IMG/VR virus record: IMGVR_UViG_3300039208_000119
Span: 1-34,869 of that record
Length of the DNA: 34,869 nt
Direction: 5' to 3' (one strand)
Source of the DNA: a virus
Taxonomy: Duplodnaviria; Caudoviricetes
Shown here: piece by piece, positions 5,908 to 15,800 of the stretch
Layout: each line of letters begins with the position of its first letter
Position numbering within the stretch: position 1 is the first letter of the stretch
Made by a program: the position numbers and the translations under genes
Notes under the pieces: generated by a model
What the model was told of the DNA's origin: nothing
The model's input: only the letters and a program-made list of their open reading frames with translations
Databases searched by the model: none

Positions 5908-8486
5908 TGGAAAAAGAGGATTTTCAAAGAGTTAGAGGCTTTTCTTTAGAAAAAGCTTTAAGAGTATGGTCGGATATGGAAAAATCCGGCAGACAGCACA
6001 ATAATTTAGATTATGTTGTCAGAAATATGTGTCTTAATGACCTTGCTTATCTGTTGATAAGGGCTTGTCGCAGAACAGATATGGCAAAACCCTGGATTTA
6101 TGACAGAATCAGGGAAGTAGAGGCAGATCCTTACGGGCATTTAGACTTATGGGCTAGGGAACACTATAAAGACTTAGCTGATACTACTCCTATACTCACT
6201 ACTGAAGGATGGAAGAATCACGGAGATTTGAAACGTGGTGACATTGTCTATTCCCCTGACGGAAATCCTGTAGAAGTTCTCGCTGTTACAGAGCAATACA
6301 ATGATTCAGAGTGCTATAAAATCACTTTCCATGATAAAACATCTATAGTTGCGGGAGCAGGACATTTATGGAAGCTACGTGTTAAGCATAGATTAAGAGT
6401 TGGGAATTGGAAAGATGAAAACAGGATAACAACCTTTACAGAGGAAATAGTACAAACTAATCAATTATCGACAGATAAAAGGTGTGATGTTAGTGTTGCT
6501 AAAGCGTTAGTAATGTCAGTTAAACAGCTTCCGATTGATCCTTATGTTTTTGGTGCTTGGTTAGGAGACGGGAATTCAGATTCAGCAAGGATTACCTGTA
6601 ATTATTCCGATATAGGGATAATAAACAGAATAAAAGAAAAAGGAGTTTATGTAGAAGAAGGAAAGTCTTCAAATAAAAATAGCGGGATATTTTCTCTTAA
6701 CAAAGGGATAAAAGGGAAACGCAATACAGGAATGACTTCTATCTTAAGGAAGATTGGAGCTCTAAAGAATAAACACATTCCTGAAGAATATCTAAATTCT
6801 TCCATATACCAAAGGCAAGAGTTGCTTCGCGGGTTAATGGACACAGATGGATCTTGTAACCCAAGAGGAACCGCTTATTTTGTAAATATTAGCAAAACTT
6901 TAACTGAAAATGTCTATGAACTTGCCATTGGATTAGGTTTACGCCCGAGATTTAAAGAAAGAGAAATGCGAGTTAATAATGAGCCTTATCCATATTATCA
7001 GGTTACATTTCAGGCATATAAAGACAGAAATCCTTTCCACTTAAAAAGAAAAGCCGATAGAGCTATCGACAAGTATTTACACAGAGAAACAAGGCTGGTT
7101 TCGAAGATAGAAAGAATAGACTCAGTTCCCACAAAATGTATACAAGTGGAGGGTGGAATGTATCTTGCCGGAAAGGAGTTAATCCCTACCCATAACTCTA
7201 CTATTCAGACATTCGGGCAAAATATTCAGTCTATTCTACAAGATCCCGACATTACCATCGGTATATTTTCTCATACCAGGCCTATAGCAAAAGCATTTTT
7301 ACGCCAGATAATGCGGGAACTACAGGAGAATCAGGTTCTTCATAATGCTTTCCCTGATGTTCTATGGGGCAAGAATATCAAGGAATCCCCTAAATGGTCG
7401 GAAGATGACGGTATTATCGTTAAACGTAAATCTAATCCTAAAGAAGCTACTGTAGAGGCATGGGGCTTGGTTGACGGGCAGCCTACCTCCAAGCATTTTA
7501 TGATTCTGAATTATGATGATATTGTTGTGGCTGCATCTGTCACCACACCTGACATGATTAACAAGACTCTGAACGCTTTGGAGCAATCCTATAATCTTGG
7601 CGTAACTCCTGAAGGTAAAAGAAAGTTCATCGGAACCTGCTGGCATTTCTCTGATGCTTACGCAACCATTAAGGAAAGGGAAACAGCTATATTACGTTGG
7701 CATCCTGGTAGAGAAGGTGGAACAAATGAAGGTAAATCTGTGTTCTGGCCTGAAGAAGTCCATGTGGAAAAGCGTAAAAGTATGGGTATTTACAACTATT
7801 CTGCTCAGATATTACTAAACCCGAAGGAAGATTCGTTACAGGGTTTTCAGAGAGAGTGGATACAGAATTACGATAATATAACACTGGAACAGGAAAAAAG
7901 GATGAATAAGTACATTCTTATTGATGGCGCTAGCGAAAAGAAAAAAACATCAGATTATACCTTTGGATGGGTTATAGGGTTAGCTGCAGACCAGAATTAT
8001 TATGTTTTAGATATGGTTCGAGACAGACTAAAACTTTCTGAAAGGGCTGATTTAGTATTCAGGTGGCACAAGAGATATAAGCCTAAACAAGTAAGATATG
8101 AGAAATATGGTTGCATGGCGGATATTGAGCATTTTGAATCCCGTATGCAAGATGATAATTATCGTTTTGTTATTCTTGAAGTTGGTGGACAGACCCCCAA
8201 GAACGATAGAATAAAAAGAACTATGCCATTATTTGAGCAGAATAGGATTTATTTCCCAAGAAGTTTGCATTACACAAACTGGGATAAAAAGACTGTAGAT
8301 TTAGTAAAAGATTTTATTGAGCAGGAATATTTAGCATTTCCCGTAGGAAAATATGATGACGGACTTGACTCTTTAGCAAGAATATGCGAGCCTGATATGG
8401 ACTTAGTGTTTCCTAAAGAGGAAATACGTGAAGAAAAGCCCGTAAGTTCTTCATTACCAACGAATATTGCGTGGATGGGGAATTAA
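5907..8486 (+). CDS. terL: Terminase large subunit with intein
   Basis: Walker A REHYK|ST, Walker B ILNYDD, motif III IGT, nuclease LIDGA...SDYT...DDGLDSL; lies upstream of portal. Confidence 0.93.
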   Translation: MEKEDFQRVRGFSLEKALRVWSDMEKSGRQHNNLDYVVRNMCLNDLAYLLIRACRRTDMAKPWIYDRIREVEADPYGHLDLWAREHYKDLADTTPILTTEGWKNHGDLKRGDIVYSPDGNPVEVLAVTEQYNDSECYKITFHDKTSIVAGAGHLWKLRVKHRLRVGNWKDENRITTFTEEIVQTNQLSTDKRCDVSVAKALVMSVKQLPIDPYVFGAWLGDGNSDSARITCNYSDIGIINRIKEKGVYVEEGKSSNKNSGIFSLNKGIKGKRNTGMTSILRKIGALKNKHIPEEYLNSSIYQRQELLRGLMDTDGSCNPRGTAYFVNISKTLTENVYELAIGLGLRPRFKEREMRVNNEPYPYYQVTFQAYKDRNPFHLKRKADRAIDKYLHRETRLVSKIERIDSVPTKCIQVEGGMYLAGKELIPTHNSTIQTFGQNIQSILQDPDITIGIFSHTRPIAKAFLRQIMRELQENQVLHNAFPDVLWGKNIKESPKWSEDDGIIVKRKSNPKEATVEAWGLVDGQPTSKHFMILNYDDIVVAASVTTPDMINKTLNALEQSYNLGVTPEGKRKFIGTCWHFSDAYATIKERETAILRWHPGREGGTNEGKSVFWPEEVHVEKRKSMGIYNYSAQILLNPKEDSLQGFQREWIQNYDNITLEQEKRMNKYILIDGASEKKKTSDYTFGWVIGLAADQNYYVLDMVRDRLKLSERADLVFRWHKRYKPKQVRYEKYGCMADIEHFESRMQDDNYRFVILEVGGQTPKNDRIKRTMPLFEQNRIYFPRSLHYTNWDKKTVDLVKDFIEQEYLAFPVGKYDDGLDSLARICEPDMDLVFPKEEIREEKPVSSSLPTNIAWMGN
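6171..7196 (+). mobile_element. 342-aa intein with LAGLIDADG homing endonuclease
   Basis: Block A DLADTTPILT..GW, block B AGHLW, blocks C/E FGAWLGDG and LRGLMDTDG, block F TKCIQV, block G PTHN|S. Confidence 0.92.
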
Positions 8487-8713
8487 TGAAAAACGTAGTT
8501 AATATTAATAAACTGTTAAAACAAAAAGAAAAAAAGCAGAAAATTCAACTACGCAACAAATTACGCACAGAGGTACGAAACAGTATATGGCGCGATTTAG
8601 TTGAAAAGCACGGGGTAGTGCCACAACACCTTAAAGATGAAGTGGATGGTAAGGTGAAGGCCGCAGTAGCTAAATATTTTGGCGAAGATGAAAAAATCGA
8701 AAAAACCGTCTAA
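8486..8713 (+). CDS. Hypothetical basic protein
   Basis: ATG overlapping the terL stop (MKNVVNINK...). Confidence 0.6.
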   Translation: MKNVVNINKLLKQKEKKQKIQLRNKLRTEVRNSIWRDLVEKHGVVPQHLKDEVDGKVKAAVAKYFGEDEKIEKTV

Positions 8714-11276
8714 AAACGAAATAAAAGAAACATCAGGGAGAAGTGATAAGGAAATACTGGAACAGGCCAAAAGGCGGTTTCAGATTGTTACGGACTTACA
8801 TTCTGATGAACGAAGGCTTCAGTCAGATGATGGTCGTTTTGCTGATGAAGACCAATGGGAGCCTGAAGTAAGAGCCGCAAGGGAAAATGACCCTAACGGC
8901 GCTCGTCCTGTATTAACGATTGATAAAATCAATCAGTACATATCCCAGATAGTCAACGATTTACGACAGAATAAACCTGCTATCAAGGTTAAACCTGTAG
9001 ATGATGCTGCTGATAAGGATACCGCAAGAGTATTTCAGGAAATTATCCGCAGGATTGAAGACAATTCCAATGCGACAATAGCTTATTTAACCGGAGGGGA
9101 ATCTGCTGTTAAAGTCGGAGAGGGTTACTGGCATTTAACTACAGACTATGTAGATGCTAAGAGTTTTGATCAGGAAGTACGGATAGAGCCTATTCACGAC
9201 TACAGTAAGGTATTTATGTCAGAACATAATATGCCGGACGGGTCAGACAATAAATATACTTTTATTATAGAGGATGTTCCTGACGAAAAGTTCAAAAGAT
9301 TATATCCTAAAGCTAAAGACGGTAGTTCCACAGAGTTTTCTGTAGCGAATGATGCCAAAGACTCAATGATATGGCGTATAGGAGCTACTACAAGAGTTGC
9401 TTTATATTACTACTATGATTATGAAGACACGCTTTTATATGCTTTAGAAGATGGTACTACCATGCTTCAGAGTGAATACGAGGCATTTATCAATGATAAA
9501 GCGTATGAATTACCAGCTGTAGTTTCAACCCGCCCTACACAGTTACAAACTGTGAAATGGGTAAAAATGACAGGAGCAGAAATACTTGAGCGTGGCGTAT
9601 GGTTAGGTAAATATATCCCTGTTATCAAGGTAGTTGGTAAACAGGCCAACGTAAATGGTAAAAAGCATTATAAAGGCCTGGTGAGATTAGCAAAAGACTC
9701 ATTACGGGCTTATAACTACTGGTTTTCCGCTTTAACTGAAAAACTAGCGTTAGCTCCTAAAGCTCCTTTTATCGGCGCTAAAGGACAATTCGATACAGAC
9801 AGGGCTAAATGGCAATCTGCTAACGTGGTTAATCATGCTTTTTTACAATATGACACCGTTTTAGATTCCAATAACGTAGCATTACCGCCCCCACAAAGAC
9901 AATTACCTGCACAGATGGAAGCTGCCATGCTTCAGCATCTTCAACTTATAGAGCATGATATTAAAACAGCTTTAGGTATGTTCAGAGCGAGTGTAGGTGA
10001 AGCGAGTCCGCAACAGTCCGGCAAAGCTATACAAAGTTTAAAGATACAATCTGATACAGGCTCCTTTAATTTCCCTGATAACGTGGCTTTATCAATACGT
10101 TACACAGGCAAACAACTAATAGACATAATCCCTAAATTATACGATACAGCACGTATAGTACGTATTATGGGAGAAGACGGAACCGTAAGCACTGTAGGTA
10201 TAGACCCCGCACAGGAAGAAGCTAAATTAGAAGGCAAGATAGGTAATATATATAACCTGAGAGTAGGTAAATATGATGTTACTGCAACGCCGGGCGCTTC
10301 TTATGCTACAAAACGCATGGAGCAGTCTGAAATATTGCAGGGATTCTTACAGAATAATCCTGAACAGTTCCCGATGTTTGGGGATTTGTTATTCAGGATG
10401 CAGGATTTTCCTTTATCTGACAAGATTGCTGACAGATTTGAAAGAATGTTGCCGCCTGAAGTTAAGATACAGGAAGGCGATATACCGCCTGAAATACAGC
10501 AGTTAATGCAACAACTGGAGCAGGAAAGACAGCAATTAGACCAGAAAGCTGCAGCATTGAATGAAGCTGAACTGGAAATTAATAAAGCAGGGCAGGAAGT
10601 AGGTAAACAGGCTATTGAAGTAATGGCGAAAGAAGAAAATGTTAAGACCGGATTAGACAGGCTTGCCGTTAAGAAAGAAGAGTTAGAGTTAATGCTGAAA
10701 GAAATTATGATAAACGGCGATAATGTTGAGTCACAGGTTAAATTACAGATTGCCGCTTTAGATCAGGAAACTAAATATGTACTAGCTTTATTAGATGAAG
10801 GCTCTAAGGAGAGGTCTGATATGATTGCTGATAAAGCGTCAAGACGTGCCAGAGGGGATTTGTCTCTTGAAATGGAAGAAAGAGAAGAAGAATTGAAGCG
10901 GAAAGAAGATGAGTCTAAACAGAAAGAGGAAGATGAAAGGCTCGCTAAACAGGGAGAGGAAGAGATGAATGAAAGAGCGGTACAGGCTATAGTAAGTATG
11001 TCTGAAAAACTGGAAAACTTGCAGAATACAATAAACTCCATACCGAGAGAAACCCCCGCTCCTGTGGTCGATACTTCCGGCATTGAAAAAACTATCAGTA
11101 AATTAGATTCTGTGATTAAGAAATCAGATAAGTCTGAAAATATTTTAAAACCCGTTAATGAAAATAAAGAAATAATGCAGGAAATCTTAAGCTACCTGAA
11201 AGCACCTAAGAAGGTGGTTAAGACAGAAAAAGACGGCAAGACTGAATATATGGTCAGAGTTAAAAAGAGGGGATAA
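8688..11276 (+). CDS. P22-like portal protein with long coiled-coil tail
   Basis: DQW...RPVLTIDKI, GEGYW, YIPVIKVVG, GLVRLAKD..RAYN, GKYDV...G.SY.TKR motifs; start may be 8679. Confidence 0.92.
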   Translation: MKKSKKPSKNEIKETSGRSDKEILEQAKRRFQIVTDLHSDERRLQSDDGRFADEDQWEPEVRAARENDPNGARPVLTIDKINQYISQIVNDLRQNKPAIKVKPVDDAADKDTARVFQEIIRRIEDNSNATIAYLTGGESAVKVGEGYWHLTTDYVDAKSFDQEVRIEPIHDYSKVFMSEHNMPDGSDNKYTFIIEDVPDEKFKRLYPKAKDGSSTEFSVANDAKDSMIWRIGATTRVALYYYYDYEDTLLYALEDGTTMLQSEYEAFINDKAYELPAVVSTRPTQLQTVKWVKMTGAEILERGVWLGKYIPVIKVVGKQANVNGKKHYKGLVRLAKDSLRAYNYWFSALTEKLALAPKAPFIGAKGQFDTDRAKWQSANVVNHAFLQYDTVLDSNNVALPPPQRQLPAQMEAAMLQHLQLIEHDIKTALGMFRASVGEASPQQSGKAIQSLKIQSDTGSFNFPDNVALSIRYTGKQLIDIIPKLYDTARIVRIMGEDGTVSTVGIDPAQEEAKLEGKIGNIYNLRVGKYDVTATPGASYATKRMEQSEILQGFLQNNPEQFPMFGDLLFRMQDFPLSDKIADRFERMLPPEVKIQEGDIPPEIQQLMQQLEQERQQLDQKAAALNEAELEINKAGQEVGKQAIEVMAKEENVKTGLDRLAVKKEELELMLKEIMINGDNVESQVKLQIAALDQETKYVLALLDEGSKERSDMIADKASRRARGDLSLEMEEREEELKRKEDESKQKEEDERLAKQGEEEMNERAVQAIVSMSEKLENLQNTINSIPRETPAPVVDTSGIEKTISKLDSVIKKSDKSENILKPVNENKEIMQEILSYLKAPKKVVKTEKDGKTEYMVRVKKRG

Positions 11277-11310
11277 CAATGAATGTTGATCAAATCAAGG
11301 CGGAGGTAAA

Positions 11311-12654
11311 ATGTATAAATATCTGTTAATTCTTTTAGTATCTGGTACTGCATTCGCCCAGGAAGACTTACGCACTCCGTTAACTCTGCCAGCTTGTGAT
11401 GCAAGTAACCCGGAAGTAGCTATTATAGAAACTTCTTCCCAGTTATCACAGGTAAACGACCCGGATAAAAGAATAATTTGTATAAAACCAGGTAACTATT
11501 CTGGTCAGTTTAATATCATAGCAGACGGGACGGCAGAAAACCCAAGATACCTTATTCCGGTTGATACCAGCTTACACCCTGTTCACAAATCTGAAGCAGA
11601 TAGAGCGGTAGTTGAGAGAATTACTTTTATGGGTGTTCAGCATTGGGTAGCTCATGGGATAACTGTAAGAAATGAAAATCCAATTCCTATTGTCAGGATA
11701 AACCATAACAACTTTCCCTGGACAGACCATTTCCCGAAAACTAATAGTCACATTATAATTGATAGTTTTCTGGTGGAAGGCGGAGGCAACGGCGGCGGCG
11801 TTATCTCTACAGGCGGGGATGACTTAATTATCCAAAACTCTGTTATCAGGCATACCGCTATAGATACCGAGGATGATCACTGTGTGGTTGTTTATGGTGA
11901 AAGAAACAAGGTAGTACATAATGAGATTTATAACTGTGCCGGTGATGGCATAGTAGTGGCTAATGTCGGGTCGCCAGACAGTGTTATGGCTTATAACGAA
12001 ATATATGTTACGCAAGATTTCCATACAGACGGAAGTGGCAACTTTGACCCCAATGGTGAGTTCCTATGTGCTGAAAATGCCTTTGATATTCAGGGTGGAG
12101 GCGGATTACAAAACCGTATGCTAATTAAAGGTAACTGGTCGTATGGTTACGACAAACCAAAAGATGATAATTGTGTCGGAAGTGGTGGTGGCGATATTAC
12201 CTTTATCCTTCACGTCAATGCAAGGTATATAGATGTTGAGGATAATATTGTAGAAAATACCAGAGTTGGATTTATGTCTGCTAATCCAACAGTCAGAGAT
12301 ACAAATTTTGTTCGTAATCTCGTAGTTGATGCTGATGTAGGTTATGAGTTTGGATCTAATAATGCTTTTGATAACAGCTTTATTGATAACAAAGCACACA
12401 ATGTTAATCAGTTTTGGAAGGTACCGGTAAGTGCGACAGTAGAAACAGGGAACGGTGACTTAGCTGGACAGGTATGTGTTGTTAAACAACATATAACTAA
12501 CCCTACTCCCGCTTGTTTTAACCCTGAAACTGTCCCTACCCCGGAGCCTGAGCCAGAGCCTACTCCCGAACCTGAACCAACAGAGGCAGAGGTAATAGTG
12601 GAAAAGATTTTAGAATTGCAAAACTTGTTAGATGCTTATGAGGGGACTAACTAA
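11311..12654 (+). CDS. Signal-peptide-bearing right-handed parallel beta-helix protein
   Basis: MYKYLLILLVSGTAFA|Q; repeated I..N.I strands (IQNSVIRH, VHNEIYNCAGDGI); Pro/Glu linker. Confidence 0.7.
   Translation: MYKYLLILLVSGTAFAQEDLRTPLTLPACDASNPEVAIIETSSQLSQVNDPDKRIICIKPGNYSGQFNIIADGTAENPRYLIPVDTSLHPVHKSEADRAVVERITFMGVQHWVAHGITVRNENPIPIVRINHNNFPWTDHFPKTNSHIIIDSFLVEGGGNGGGVISTGGDDLIIQNSVIRHTAIDTEDDHCVVVYGERNKVVHNEIYNCAGDGIVVANVGSPDSVMAYNEIYVTQDFHTDGSGNFDPNGEFLCAENAFDIQGGGGLQNRMLIKGNWSYGYDKPKDDNCVGSGGGDITFILHVNARYIDVEDNIVENTRVGFMSANPTVRDTNFVRNLVVDADVGYEFGSNNAFDNSFIDNKAHNVNQFWKVPVSATVETGNGDLAGQVCVVKQHITNPTPACFNPETVPTPEPEPEPTPEPEPTEAEVIVEKILELQNLLDAYEGTN
12529..12582 (+). repeat. PTPEPEPE low-complexity linker
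   Basis: TVPTPEPEPEPTPEPEPT. Confidence 0.75.
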
Positions 12655-12968
12655 TGCCATTAGATATAGGTAATCTATGGATCAGAGAAAATTTTAAGAC
12701 GCATGATACCCAACCATTAGACGTACATGAGCATGAGGAAGATCATGTATGGATTTTAACGCATGGCGCAGCGAGGCTTGAGAACTGGAAGCCTGACGGT
12801 GAGTTAGATGAGGAAGTGACAGGAGATTATGACGCTGAAGACAAGCCTGTTATGATAAACGTCCCGGCTAAAAACAGGCATAAAGTAACTGCATTAAAAG
12901 ACGGTACTTATTTTCTTTGTGTATTTGCTAAGTATTTGCCTGACGGACAAATAGCGAAAGGCAGGTAA
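12654..12968 (+). CDS. Cupin-domain protein
   Basis: HEHEEDH...G and VPAKNRHKVTAL.DGT...C cupin motifs. Confidence 0.75.
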   Translation: MPLDIGNLWIRENFKTHDTQPLDVHEHEEDHVWILTHGAARLENWKPDGELDEEVTGDYDAEDKPVMINVPAKNRHKVTALKDGTYFLCVFAKYLPDGQIAKGR

Positions 12969-13651
12969 TGGCTGTTGTTTTAGAACAAGACGAGCTATAC
13001 GACCCCGGCACAACCGGCACTACAGTAGATGAGGAATACACAATTCCAAGTGGTATTTCGTTAGCTATTCTGGTTGTAGGATCAAGGGCCGATATTCATG
13101 TGACAAATACCCCATCATGGAATACCACGGAGAATTTTACTCTCAAGCAGAATATTGATAACGGGGCTAATGCCTACGACTGCGCTATGGCTATATATGG
13201 GTTAATTAACCCGACAGCGACAACAGCAGATATAAGTTATACGAAATCTAATTCTTCTGAATTTGCTCACCATCTTTTTCTTCTTTCAGGAACAGACACT
13301 ACAGATGTTGCCACCGCGATTCAGGATGTAACTTTTGTTAATAATGTGGGGAATACTTCAACTTCGGTTATTGCTTCAGGCGGTACTTCCGGTAACTATC
13401 CGATTTTAGTTGGTACTTTTGGTGCTGGCGGTGGCGATCCTACAAGCAATAATCAAAGCATGACTGAGATACATGAGAGTAGTGTAGGGTTTCAGTCTGC
13501 TTATGCTGCTCATGGTGTAATGACTCTGCCTTCGGCAGTAACTATTACCTGGAACGCAACAAATGAAAATATAGGCGCAGTTCTGGGGATTAAACCAGCG
13601 GCAGCAGGGGGAACTATTTTACCAATGACAGCCAGACATTATTTAGGTTAA
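12968..13651 (+). CDS. Putative virion structural protein (beta-rich, Thr/Ser/Gly-rich)
   Basis: Composition and position in the late operon. Confidence 0.55.
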   Translation: MAVVLEQDELYDPGTTGTTVDEEYTIPSGISLAILVVGSRADIHVTNTPSWNTTENFTLKQNIDNGANAYDCAMAIYGLINPTATTADISYTKSNSSEFAHHLFLLSGTDTTDVATAIQDVTFVNNVGNTSTSVIASGGTSGNYPILVGTFGAGGGDPTSNNQSMTEIHESSVGFQSAYAAHGVMTLPSAVTITWNATNENIGAVLGIKPAAAGGTILPMTARHYLG

Positions 13652-13655
13652 TATT

Positions 13656-14570
13656 ATGACTACATTACTAATTCAGAAAGGAACTACCAACGTATCAGTT
13701 GAGGTTGATATTGTTGACTCAGGAGACGGCACACCGGAAACAGGAGTGGTTTTTAATACTTCCGGCATTGATTTATGGTATAGACGGGATGGTGCTGCTG
13801 TATCTTCCATTACTGAGGCAACATTAGCTGCTCTTACCACAGCACATACAGACGGTGGGTTCCTTCACATTCAGAATGGTAAATACAGGCTTGATTTACC
13901 GGATGCTGCCTGTGCTACAGGTGTTGATAAAGTAGTTGTAGGCGGAACAGTAACCGGCATGGTTGTGTACGGGCCTACTATTCAGTTAGTAGATTACGAT
14001 CCATTCGATTCTGTAAGAATGGGTATAACAGCATTACCAAACGCTGCTGCTGATGCTGCAGGAGGCTTACCAATATCTGATGCCGGTGGGTTAGATTTAG
14101 ACGCTATGAATACCAATATTAATGATATTGAAACCGACACATCAGATATGCAGCCAAAATTAGGCACTCCGGCAGGAGCCTCTATTTCTGCCGATATTGC
14201 TACAATAGATTCCAACGTTGATGCTGTTCTAGTAGATACAGGAACGACACTTGATGGGAAACTAGATACTATTGACACAAATGTGGATGCAGTATTAGTT
14301 GACACAGGAACTACTCTACCTACAACTCTAACAACGATTGAAGGAAAGATAGATACAGTAGATACGAATGTAGACTCTGTTTTAGTAGACACCGGAACCA
14401 CTTTAGACGGTAAATTAGACACAGTTGATACTGTAGTTGATGCTATTAAAGCCAAGACTGATGACATTACTTTCACCAAAGCTAATGAAGTTGATGTTAA
14501 CGTGCAATCTGTGAATGATCAGACTATCACAGGTAATGGCGGTTCCGGCACTGAATTTCAGGGTGCTTAA
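13656..14570 (+). CDS. Putative head/tail fibre with tandem repeats
   Basis: N-terminal G.Y.LDLP domain followed by acidic repeats. Confidence 0.6.
   Translation: MTTLLIQKGTTNVSVEVDIVDSGDGTPETGVVFNTSGIDLWYRRDGAAVSSITEATLAALTTAHTDGGFLHIQNGKYRLDLPDAACATGVDKVVVGGTVTGMVVYGPTIQLVDYDPFDSVRMGITALPNAAADAAGGLPISDAGGLDLDAMNTNINDIETDTSDMQPKLGTPAGASISADIATIDSNVDAVLVDTGTTLDGKLDTIDTNVDAVLVDTGTTLPTTLTTIEGKIDTVDTNVDSVLVDTGTTLDGKLDTVDTVVDAIKAKTDDITFTKANEVDVNVQSVNDQTITGNGGSGTEFQGA
14205..14460 (+). repeat. 3-4 imperfect 22-29 aa repeats (DTNVDAVLVDTGTTLDGKL)
   Basis: Visible in the translation; codons diverged synonymously. Confidence 0.8.
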
Positions 14571-14863
14571 TGGCTACTACCCGTGATGTATGGGGAGGCG
14601 CATGGGGAGATCCCAGTGCATGGGGTTTAGCGTGGACTATAACAGAAGGCGCTGAACCTGAAGAAACATTCTCCGGTGGCTACCCCACTAAGAATGAAAG
14701 AGCTAAGATTTACAGGAAACAGATGGAAGGATTGGCTAATATGCCTATTCTTTCAAGGCATTACCCTGTAAAAGATAAAGTAGTATCTGAAGAAGAAGTT
14801 ATAAGTGTTTCAGATGAAATAAGTGATGAAGATTTGAAAGCTATTATGATGTTGATACATTAG
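14570..14863 (+). CDS. Hypothetical protein with WGG.WG..WG..W N-terminus
   Basis: ORF track; TAATG coupling. Confidence 0.65.
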   Translation: MATTRDVWGGAWGDPSAWGLAWTITEGAEPEETFSGGYPTKNERAKIYRKQMEGLANMPILSRHYPVKDKVVSEEEVISVSDEISDEDLKAIMMLIH

Positions 14864-14885
14864 TTTAAGTATTTGTTAAAAATAT

Positions 14886-14914
14886 TTGATTCTAAATGAT
14901 TATTGTGGTATAAG
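14886..14914 (+). promoter_or_regulatory. Sigma70-type promoter for scaffold/coat
   Basis: TTGATT-17 nt-TATAAG with extended TGn, in an intergenic gap. Confidence 0.65.
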
Positions 14915-14965
14915 GTAACAATAAACCTACGTGTGGGTTTTCACACGGGCTATATGGAGAAATAA

Positions 14966-15748
14966 ATGGATCCAGAAGCGAAAACCGAAGATAAGGTAAC
15001 GGAACCTAAACCGGATGAGGTTACAGAAACCGAAGAAAAAACTGAACAGGAAACTCCGCCTGAAAATAAGGAGGTAGAGCCGGAAAAAACATTTACTCAA
15101 TCTGAAGTTGAGGCGATGTTCGATAAAAGAACGGCAAGAATAGAAAATAAACTGCGAAGGGAGCTTGAAAGGCAGAACAAGAATACTAAGCCTGAAACGA
15201 AGCCAGCAGCGAAGAAGGAGCCTGAACTGGATGATTATGAAGACGCTACCGAGTGGATTAAGGATCATACAAAATGGGTTGCTGAAAATGTTGCCGCTTC
15301 AGAGAGGGAGAAGTATCAGAAGGAAGCTGCAGAAAGAGAGGCTAAAACCTTAAATCAGGAATACAGAAAACAACAAAAGCAAGTTGCAAAGAAATACCCT
15401 GATTATCAGGACGCTTTAGAAACCATAGAAGATTACGGGGATCTGCCCGATTATCTTAATGAAGCTGTGGTAACTTCAGAAGTATCAGGAGAGCTAACCT
15501 ATTACTTAGGTAAGAATCCTGATGAAATTGATAAGCTGCTTGATCTAAGACCTACCGCCGCAGTTCGATACATAGGCAAATTAGAGGACAAAATATCTTC
15601 TGACCCGCCAAAAAAACAAGTGTCTAACGCACCTACGCCGCCACCTAAGATGAATACAGGCGGTAAATCTGACACATCAGAATACAAACAAGGTGATCCT
15701 TTCACTAAGTTTGTTAAAGTCAGAAATAAGGAGTTAGGCAGAGTCTAA
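14966..15748 (+). CDS. Capsid scaffolding protein
   Basis: Acidic N-terminus, KTFTQSEVE, coiled coil, YPDY, YYLGKNP, APTPP; immediately upstream of coat. Confidence 0.85.
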   Translation: MDPEAKTEDKVTEPKPDEVTETEEKTEQETPPENKEVEPEKTFTQSEVEAMFDKRTARIENKLRRELERQNKNTKPETKPAAKKEPELDDYEDATEWIKDHTKWVAENVAASEREKYQKEAAEREAKTLNQEYRKQQKQVAKKYPDYQDALETIEDYGDLPDYLNEAVVTSEVSGELTYYLGKNPDEIDKLLDLRPTAAVRYIGKLEDKISSDPPKKQVSNAPTPPPKMNTGGKSDTSEYKQGDPFTKFVKVRNKELGRV

Positions 15749-15800
15749 CAGGTATCTGAAACCTTCGGGAGGCAGATGCCTTGTCTAACGGAGGTTTTAA

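Noticed and set aside
14205-14460. CRISPR array or DGR template/variable repeat
   Set aside because: Repeats are in-frame protein repeats with synonymous divergence; no spacers and no reverse transcriptase or cas genes
13994-14479. 161-aa minus-strand ORF and other antisense ORFs inside structural genes (e.g. 10763-11083, 14927-15268, 15893-16180, 27772-28092)
   Set aside because: Shadows of well-supported + strand genes, with no motifs of their own
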